Part shown: one piece after another, positions 38,107 to 46,300 of the stretch | How the letters are laid out: each line of letters opens with the position of its first letter | Numbering within the stretch: the first letter of the stretch is position 1 | Origin: Candidatus Aldehydirespirator sp. | Lineage (GTDB): Bacteria > Actinomycetota > Acidimicrobiia > Acidimicrobiales > Aldehydirespiratoraceae | Reading direction: 5' to 3' | NCBI GenBank assembly: GCA_965221215.1 | Contig: OZ244872.1 | Location: 907,601 to 971,600, forward strand | Length of the DNA: 64,000 bases | Made by a program: the position numbers and the translations under genes | Notes under the pieces: model-generated | Told to the model about the DNA's origin: nothing | Database searches by the model: none | Seen by the model: the letters and a program-made list of their open reading frames with translations, nothing else

Positions 38107-38892
38107 TCAGAAGAAGACCTGCTCGCCGCCGGTGAGGTTGAGGCTGGCACCGGTCGTGTAGCAGGCGTCGTCGGAGGCGAGGAACGCAGCCATGGCGCCG
38201 ATGTCGGTGGCCGTCCCGAGCCGCTTCAGGGGGATGGTCTCGATGTGCTCGGCCAGCAACTCGTCACGGTCGCGGTCCGCCGAGGCCGCGGCGGCGCCGA
38301 ATCCGGTCTTGGTCATGTTGGTGAACATGGTGCCGGGGCAGATGGCGTTGACGGTGATGTTGTGCTCAGCCAGTTCCTTGGCCAGCACCTGGGTGAGCCC
38401 GACCACCGCGAACTTGGAGGCCGAGTAGATCCCCCATCCCTGCCAGGCCACCTTGCCCGTCTGCGACGCTGTGTTGATGATCCGCCCCCAGCTGTGCCGC
38501 TTCATGATGTGGGCGGCGGCACGCGAGCAGGCCAGCACGCCCCGGACGTTCACCGTGAAGACCTTCTCGTACACCTCGTCGGGGGTGTCGATGACTGCGC
38601 CTATGGGCTGGGCGACGCCGGCGTTGTTGGCCAGGATGTCAAGCCGGCCGTAGGCGTCGGCCACCGCGCGCATCTGCTCTTCGACCTGGGCCGTGTCGGT
38701 CACGTCGAGGTGTATGGCCATGGGCTGGGCCCCCGACGGCGCGGCGGGCAGCGACGCGGCCACTTCGGAGGAGTCGAGCACGTCGGCGCACACCACCGCG
38801 GCCCCCTCGTCGGCGAACCGCCGAGCGATGCCCTCGCCCAGTCCTCGGGACGCGCCGGTCACCAGTGCGATCTTGTCGTCTAGCCGACCCAT
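38107..38892 (-). CDS. SDR family oxidoreductase
   Basis: Start ATG 38892 is preceded by AAGGGGGA. Motifs: TGASRGLG, NNAG and YSASK. The track ORF's extra 48 N-terminal codons cross the intergenic repeats and are rejected. Confidence 0.9.
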   Translation of the reverse strand: MGRLDDKIALVTGASRGLGEGIARRFADEGAAVVCADVLDSSEVAASLPAAPSGAQPMAIHLDVTDTAQVEEQMRAVADAYGRLDILANNAGVAQPIGAVIDTPDEVYEKVFTVNVRGVLACSRAAAHIMKRHSWGRIINTASQTGKVAWQGWGIYSASKFAVVGLTQVLAKELAEHNITVNAICPGTMFTNMTKTGFGAAAASADRDRDELLAEHIETIPLKRLGTATDIGAMAAFLASDDACYTTGASLNLTGGEQVFF

Positions 38893-38968
38893 TCCCGGTC
38901 CCCCTTGCTTGCAGCGAAGCGGACCGCACACTACATCACGGTGCCGATCCGGCAAATTGCCGAGCTTC

Positions 38969-39057
38969 GATGTGCAAATGAGGCAGCCACAAGGGTGTGA
39001 ACGAGATAGTCGAGCATGTGGAAATGAGATGGTCACAGATGTGAAAACGAGATGGGG
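38969..39057 (+). repeat. Four imperfect direct repeats, about 16 bp each at 21-25 bp spacing (iteron/operator-like)
   Basis: TGTGCAAATGAGGCAG (38971), TGTGAACGAGATAG (38996), TGTGGAAATGAGATGG (39017) and TGTGAAAACGAGATGG (39040). All four are in the same orientation in the intergenic region. Confidence 0.75.
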
Positions 39058-39078
39058 ACGCCCGATTTGCGGCCTGAC

Positions 39079-39103
39079 GGGGGGGGGGGGGGGGGGGGGG
39101 GGG
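39079..39103 (+). repeat. Uninterrupted homopolymer G25 (C25 on the minus strand)
   Basis: Counted directly: g at 39079-39103, flanked by ...cctgac and caaaact... Confidence 0.95.
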
Positions 39104-39173
39104 CAAAACTGCGAAGAAACTAAAAATAACGAAAAAGCACTCTAAGGTATTGAGATGAACTAGAATCGGAGGA
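39104..39173 (+). promoter_or_regulatory. AT-rich island with a candidate -10 (TAGAAT 39161-39166) immediately upstream of the ATPase start
   Basis: Hand count gives 25 G+C in 70 nt. TAGAAT ends 7 nt before the A of ATG 39174, geometry compatible with a leaderless or near-leaderless transcript. GGAGG at 39168-39172 is only 1 nt from the ATG. Confidence 0.4.
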
Positions 39174-40277
39174 ATGCCGAAACACCCCTCGGTGAATCCG
39201 TTCTCCCCCACGTTCGGTGCCACGCCCCCTCTGCTGGCGGGGCGTGACCGGATTCTCGACCGCTTCTCCGAGGCGTTGGACACCGGCCCCAACCACCCGG
39301 ACTACACGCTGCTGCTCATCGGCGACGGCGGCACCGGCAAGACGGCTCTGCTCAACGTGCTCGAGGAGCAGGCCGCCGACCGCGGCTGGGCAGTGATCAC
39401 CGCGGCGGCGTCGGCAGAGCCCGTGGCCAAGCGGATCACCGCCGAAGCCCTCAGGCATCTCGATCAGGCCGACGGCGACCGCGCCGAGCGCATCGGTGAG
39501 ACCGAGGACCTCGCATCGTCGGAGTCGTGCTCGCCGTGCAGCCTGCTGACTGCTCTGGGCGAGCTCGGTGCGGTCATGGCCGACAGCGGCAAGGGGCTGC
39601 TGGTGACCGTCGACGAACTCCACGCCACCGATCGCGACGACGTCCGCAACATCGAGGCTGCGATCCAGATCGTCACCCGCCGCCGGCAGATGCCGGTGGC
39701 GTTCGTGGCGGCGGCGCTTCCGGTGGTGGAGGACACCCACCTCGATGACTCCCACGCGACGTTCCTCGAGCGCTGCTCCCGCTTTCGCCTGGGCCCGCTC
39801 GACCCCGATGAGACTCGGCGGGCCCTGCGAGAGCCGATCATCAAGTGCGGCAGCGCCATCGACGACGACGCGCTCGACGCGGCCGCCGACGTCACCCGCG
39901 GGCATCCGTACATGGTGCAACTCGTCGGCTTCCACTCCTGGCAGATGCGCGAAGACCCCGGCACGCCGATCAGCGTCACCCACGCCAGCGCCGGGGCCCT
40001 CGAAGCCGAGGCGGCCATGGTGGACCAGATAGCCAGGCCGATCTGGAAGCGGCTCTCTCCGATGGACCGGCGCTTCCTGGTGGCGATGCTGCCCGGCAAC
40101 CCCGACTCGTCGCTGGCCGACGTGGCCACGAGGTTGGGGCGCTCGGTGCAGTACGCCCGCGTCTACCGGCGCCGGCTGGTGGCCGCGGGCGCGATCAGCC
40201 CGTCGGAGAACGGCCGGGTTCGTTTCTTGCACCAGGCGGTGCGGGTGCGGGCCGAGGCGGCCCAGAGGCAGCAGTGA
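39174..40277 (+). CDS. Orphan AAA+ ATPase with C-terminal winged-helix (ORC/Cdc6- or Arch_ATPase-like, STAND-type)
   Basis: 367 aa. The N-terminus is NPFSPTFGATPPLLAGRDRILDRF, Walker A is LLLIGDGGTGKTALL, and Walker B is GLLVTVDELH. The C-terminal LSPMDRRFLVAMLPGNPDSSLADVATRLGRSVQYARVYRRRLVAAGAI is a wHTH-like pattern. Confidence 0.8.
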   Translation: MPKHPSVNPFSPTFGATPPLLAGRDRILDRFSEALDTGPNHPDYTLLLIGDGGTGKTALLNVLEEQAADRGWAVITAAASAEPVAKRITAEALRHLDQADGDRAERIGETEDLASSESCSPCSLLTALGELGAVMADSGKGLLVTVDELHATDRDDVRNIEAAIQIVTRRRQMPVAFVAAALPVVEDTHLDDSHATFLERCSRFRLGPLDPDETRRALREPIIKCGSAIDDDALDAAADVTRGHPYMVQLVGFHSWQMREDPGTPISVTHASAGALEAEAAMVDQIARPIWKRLSPMDRRFLVAMLPGNPDSSLADVATRLGRSVQYARVYRRRLVAAGAISPSENGRVRFLHQAVRVRAEAAQRQQ

Positions 40278-40332
40278 TGGCAGAGACAGCAGTGCTGAAT
40301 GGTCGGAAGTGCTTGATGCATGCAAAGGAGGA

Positions 40333-43300
40333 ATGGTCTTGCAGTTCTTGAGACGGCGTACAAGTGGGTGGCTCTGCGCCCTGCGGCGCGACGGCGGGCC
40401 CGACTGTTTGCAGAGCCCCCCAAACGTTCGCAGGCTGGTGGCGGTGCTGACCGTGGCGCTGGTCGCGTCGCTGCTGGCGGCGGCGCCGGTGCCGTTGTTG
40501 TCGGATGCGGGAGCGCCGCTAGCGCCGGCTGAGGCTGAGGCGCAGCAGGTCACCTCGCCGGCGGTTCTCAACAGGGTCTCGATCATCGAGGGCCAGACAC
40601 GCATCTTTCGGATCTCCAACGTGACGTCGCGCCCCAGCTATTACGTGCATGCCAGCGTCGCGGGCTCCTTCAGCGCCGAGGCGAGCGACGTCACGATCAC
40701 CACGGACAACCTGCGCGGCCAGGCACAGACGATCACCCCCGACACCGACGCGCCGCGCGCCTACCGAGACTCCATCCACAGCACCATCGGCTTCGAGGTC
40801 ACCGCGAACGAGGACAGCGACGGCACCGGCGAAGAGACGTTCGGGGTGCGGCTGTGCACCACCGCTGACTGTCAGAGCGGCACGGTCCTCGGCGAGTGGG
40901 AGGTGGCCATCACCGAGCCCGGTTCGGACACCGTGCTCACCGGCACGGGCGCGACCGTCACCATCCCTGGCGGCAGCGCGCTCAGCGTCATGGAGGACTC
41001 CCGCAACGGCGACGGCCGCGACCGGCGCGCCACGTTCACCATCGCTCTTGACTCGGCGCCGACCGAGGACATCGTGATCGTCGGCCAGGTGGACACCACG
41101 GCTGCCAACGGAGACGGCGTTGCCACATCGATTGCGCGCATCAACGCGGCGCGCTCTCCCGACGAGGAACCGTCGACCACGGCGCGCTATGTGGCTGCCA
41201 GGTTCTCCAACATGGTCACGGTCACCGACCCCGGGAACCCGAATGCCGATCCGCCCGTGCCCCCGTCCCAGACGACTCGGGCACCGACGGCTGACGAGCT
41301 CGCCACACAGGTCAGCGTTGTCGCGTTCGACAACGCGGTCGACACCGCAGGCGGGACGCTGAGCGGCGATCTCACGTTCACCGTCTACAAGGACAACGAT
41401 CGCTTCCGCGGCACCGGCGCCGACGTCGACGGGAACGGCGATCCCATTCTTGGCAACGCCGAGACGTACCCCGGCATTGTCATCCCCAGCGTGCCGATCA
41501 GGGTCACCGATGACGACGAGCCGACGAGGATCCGGCTGCTGCCCACCAGTCCCGCGGACAACACCGCGACGGAGGGCAACACCGACAAGGCCACGGTCCT
41601 GGTGAAGCTCGACCGTGCGCTGGCCGCGGGCGAGGAGGTCACCGCGACGCTGTTCTTCAGCGGCGCCACGTTGGGCACGCACTTCTCGATGGCGGCGGCG
41701 AGCGGGCAGACCGGCGTGACCTACGCCGACTCCGACGACGGAACAAAGGGGCTCGTCACCCTCACCGGTGCGGGCGTTCAGCAGGGTGTGATCGAGGTCA
41801 CCGCGCTCACCGACAGCGACTCTGACAACCAGGCGCTGCAGATCGGGATGCCGCCGACTGACCAACCCTGGCAGAGGAACTATCACCGCTCGAGCCTCGC
41901 CGGCGGGGTCTGCGCCGCGCACGGCTGCCCGAACCGTCCACAGGGCGACCCCGGCCAGCGCTTCCAGTCGGTCACCCTCGCCGAGTCGGCGGCGGGCCTC
42001 ACAATCATCGAGTCCGATGACCCCGACGCCCGCTGGGTGGTCGAGGGCAACGACTACAGCTACAGCGTCCGGTTGAAGGCGCAGCCGTCGATCGATGTGA
42101 CCGTGGCCACATCGATCGCGTCGGGCGGATCGGTGCAGGCCGGGGCGACGCTCACGTTCACCAACAGCGACTGGGCGATGCCGCAGACGGTGACGGTGCG
42201 TCCCACCGACAACGATCTGGACGAGACGCGGCGGACGCTGACGGTGACCCACGCCTTCAGCGGCGACGCCACGTATGCCGCCCTCGCGGATGTCGCGCAC
42301 GAAATCGGCGTGCTCGATGACGACCCGACCACCATCAACATGGCTGGCGCGGGCGTGAACACCGACGGAACCTCTACCAACATGTCGAAGATCATGGTGG
42401 AGGGCGACGCCAGCCGCGTTGACCGCAGCCTCACTATCGAATTGGGCCGCGCTCTGGTTGAGGACGAGTATGTGCGCGTCCCGCTGCGGGTTGAGGCCGT
42501 CGCCAACGGCAACAATCCGGAGCTCCCGGACGATCCGCCCGACCAAGACGAAGATGACGACCCGCTGCCGAGCGACCTCGACCCGCGGCGCACGGTGGTG
42601 GACAGCTTCCGCGGGCCGCGCGCCAGCGCCAATGTGGCCTGGCCGCCGTATCACAACGATGTCGTGATGACTGCCACCGGCACCGGTGTGACCTATGAGC
42701 ACTCCAACCGCCACACCCCCAATCACATCGGTTTCCGCTATATCGAGTTCCGCGGCGCGGGCGCGCAGACCGCGACGATCGTGGTGCACGCCCGCGGCGG
42801 CTTCGACGACGGCGAGAGCTACGACGAGGCGTTCGCGGTCACCTTCCCCAACGACTTCTACGTCTTCGATGAGGACACCGGCCAGCCGGTCAGCAGCACG
42901 CCGGTGCAGGGCAACCTCGGCGGCGGCCTCGAAGCGCAACCGACCGGCTTGGAGGCCTGGTACGGCATCGCCGACGACGACAAGATCGCAGCGGCGCAGA
43001 CCACCGAGGTGGCCAACAGCTGGTCGGCGAAGCCTCCCAGCTTGAGCGACGGCGCCGAGTTCCGGCTGCTGTATGTCACCAGCGGAACCAGAAACGCCAG
43101 CGAGGACGGCTACGCCACCTACAACAATTTTGTGCGTGCCGAGATCACCGGCAACCAGCTCACACAGGGCGGAGTGCCGGACCTGGTGCCGTACGCCACC
43201 AAATTCGCCGCGGTGATCAGCACCAACTCCTCTCAGGGCGTCCGTGGAGGCAACGCCTCCCTCAACGCCAACCTGGAAGACCCGAGCAACGACGCTGCCA

Positions 43301-46300
43301 TCTACTGGGTGGGCGGAACCAAAGTCGCCGACAACACCGCCGACTTCCTCGACGGCACCTGGGACGACGAGGCCAACCCCACCCGCGCCGACGGCACCGC
43401 GGCCACGATCAGCACGGCCGGCTACTGGACCGGCTCGGAGGCCGACGGCCAGCGCGCCGACAGCTGCAGCGGCCTGACGGGATCTGATCGGCATCTGCGA
43501 GCGGGCGCGACCAATGTCGGCTACGGGCTGCTCAACGACAACGGACGCGGGCCGCTGGGCCAAGCCGTGGACGAGACGAGCTGCCAACCCGCGCCCAACA
43601 GCGAGCGGCGGCCGCTGTATGCGCTGTCCACCGAAGCGTTCACCATCTCCGGCGGCGCCGCCATCGAGCCCGCCGCCACCGCCGCGGAGGGCAGCGCCGT
43701 CACCTTCGCCGTCACCATCACCACAGCCGCGCCCTCCGGCGGGATCACCATCCCCTACACCCTCGCCGACGGACGCGGCTACGACAACGACCCCGCCAAC
43801 ATCATCGCCACCAGCACCGACTACACCGACGCCGCCAGTGGCAGCATCGTGATCGCCCAGGGCGACACGACCGGCACCATCACCGTCAACACCACACAAG
43901 ACAGCACATACGAGAGCGACCACTACTTCACCGTCACCCTCGGTACGCCCACAGGCACCGACGCGCCCCAGGTGCAAGCCCTCAAGGGCACCGCCATCGG
44001 CACGATCACCGACGCCGACGACGCGCCCACCATCGAGTTCGCCCCCGCAACAGCTACAGCCGCCGAAGGCGACGGCACCGTGGATGTCACCGTCACCAAG
44101 ACCGGTGCCACGCTGCTGCCCGCGTCGGTGTACTGGACCACCGCCGACGACACCGCGTCACACCCCGACGACTACACCGCCAACGCCGGCTACCTCCAAT
44201 TCGCCCCCGGCGAAACATCCAAGACCATCACCATCGGCATCGTGGCGGACGGCGCCTCCGAGAGCGCCGAGACATTCAAGGTGCAACTCGACGCGCAGCA
44301 GATCGTCGACGCCCAGATCGGCAGTGCATCTGAGGCGACGGTCACGGTGAACGACGACGGGACCAGCGTCTCGGTGCCGAATGTGCAGTTCACCTCGGCG
44401 ACGCAGGCGGTGACCGAGGCCGCTACCACGCTCACCGTCACGGTCGAGGCGGACGCTGCGGCGCCGGCCAACACGGATGTGGCCTTCACGGTGGGCGGCG
44501 ACGCCACAGCCAGCTCGGACTACACCGCTCCCAGCAGCCCGGTCACCATCCTCGCTGGTCAACGCCGCACCACCATCAGCGTCCCGATCCTGCAGGACAG
44601 CGCAAGCGAGAGCCCCGAGACCATCGTGCTGACGCTGATCGACGGCACGGACTACAACCTCGGCTCGCAGACCACCCACACCATCACCATCAACGACGAC
44701 GATTCGTCGCCGATTGTGGAGTTCGCCTCCGCCGCCTCCAAGGGCAGCGAGGGCAACTCCGCCGTGGTCACCGTCGAGGCTTCCCGCCCGGTGGCACAGA
44801 ACACGGCCGTGACCTACACCAGCACCGGGGGGACGGCGACATCCGGCGACGACTACACCGCGCCCGGCGGCACCGTCACCATCCCGAGCGGCCAGAGCAC
44901 CGCTGCCATCACCATTCCCCTGACCGCGGACAGCATGGACGACTCCGGCGAGACCATCGTGCTGACTCTGACCGACGGCACGGACTACGACCTCGGCTCG
45001 CAGACCACCCACACCGTCACCATCTCGGAGGTGGGGTTCATCTTCACGCAGGAGCGCGTCTTCGTGACCGAGGGCGGTTCGGCGGTGCGCTACGGCATCT
45101 CTCTCACCGACGACCCCTCCGGCCTCAATACGGCGCTGCCCGCGTGCGACTACATTCTCGGCACCGACGAGGACAATCCGGTCGACCTGCCGCGCTGCAC
45201 CCCCGACCAGGATCCCGTCTTCGCCCGGGTCATCGTCACCTCGCCGGTCGCGCCCGCTCCGCCGGCGGCCAACCCCAACCCGTTCGAGGTGCTGACCAGC
45301 GGCAACGACCTGCTCCCCACGCTGCGATTCACCCGCCGCAACTTCCACATCCCGCAGTACTTCACCGTCTACCCGCTACAGGACGACGACCCCGACAGCG
45401 AGCAGAACGTGCGCATCACCCACGAGGTCCGCGGCGCTACGGACGATTCCGCCGACTTCCGCGACGACTCGCCCTATGCCACCGGCGGCAGCGTCAATGG
45501 CGTCGACACCGGCCTCGCAGTGCCCGACATGCCCGCCTACGTCTCCGACGACGACGCCGGTCACAAGGAGGGGCTGACGCTGCGACTTCTTGACAAAGAC
45601 CCCGACCTCCCGATCGTCATCCAGGAGGGCAACAAGACCGGCAGGTTCAATCTGGAGTGGCGCGGCCCCACCCTGGGCGGGGATGACGAAGTGGCGGCGC
45701 GTCTGCGTATCACCGGCGGCACGTACGGCAAGGACTACATCGTCGATGCGGAGAGCACCTCTAGTCCAAGGGTCACCTTCGAGCTGCCTATCGACGACGA
45801 ATCCACAATGGATGTGGACGAGTCACACGTCGAGAACGCGGAGATCATCATTCGATGGTTGGCCCCGTTCGGGCGTGTTCCTAGTGCCCAATTCAGAGTC
45901 GTGTCTCTCAGTGACGGCAAGGCGAAGAGCGGTGAACGCCACCTGGGTGTCCATCTTCTGAATGCATGGTCGCCAGACGATTCCGCCAACAAAGACAACG
46001 ACACCCCCGACGGTGTCCGCTTGGAGAACGGTCCCCAGACCAAGCGCATCCATGTCCTCTCCCGTGACCGGATAGTCGTTCGACAGACCGGTACGGAGGA
46101 TGGCTTGAAGTTCGAAGGTTTGGAGACCTCCGGCAGCGATGCCGAGCTCACGACCAACGGCGCGTGGGCGGCCGTTGATGAGGACGGGAGCACGGAACAC
46201 AAGCTCGCATTTGAGATGAGCAGTTGTGTCTTGCCCCGTACTAGCGCCGTGGTGACCGTCAGCACGAGCGACAGCTCCAAGCTGCGCGTCCATGCCAGCG

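Noticed and set aside
38893-39036. 48-codon N-terminal extension of the SDR (track ORF 38107..39036)
   Set aside because: SDR homology and a strong AAGGGGGA ribosome-binding site point to ATG 38892. The extension (MTISFPHARLSRSHPCGCLICTSKLG...) runs through the intergenic repeat array.
38693-39292. ORFs crossing the G25 tract: 38693..39145 (+, ...GGGGGGGGQNCEETKNNEKAL) and 38936..39292 (-, ...PPPPPPPPP...)
   Set aside because: They exist only because the homopolymer and the AT-rich island lack stops in those frames. They have no SD or start support, and they overlap the real SDR and ATPase starts.
40339-40380. Possible Tat signal on the giant protein (FLRRRTSGW)
   Set aside because: The arginines are not followed by the usual x-F-L-K context. 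They are separated from the hydrophobic core (LVAVLTVALVASLLAAAP) by about 25 polar residues. A Sec-type signal with NVRR as the n-region and AEA as the cleavage site fits better.
40519-43977. 1152-aa minus-strand ORF, with many further 100-630-aa minus-strand ORFs across 40.5-56.8 kb
   Set aside because: All are antisense to the giant plus-strand ORF, whose repeats carry clear Calx-beta and SLH signatures. The antisense products are Arg/Gly/Val/His-rich with no recognisable domains.
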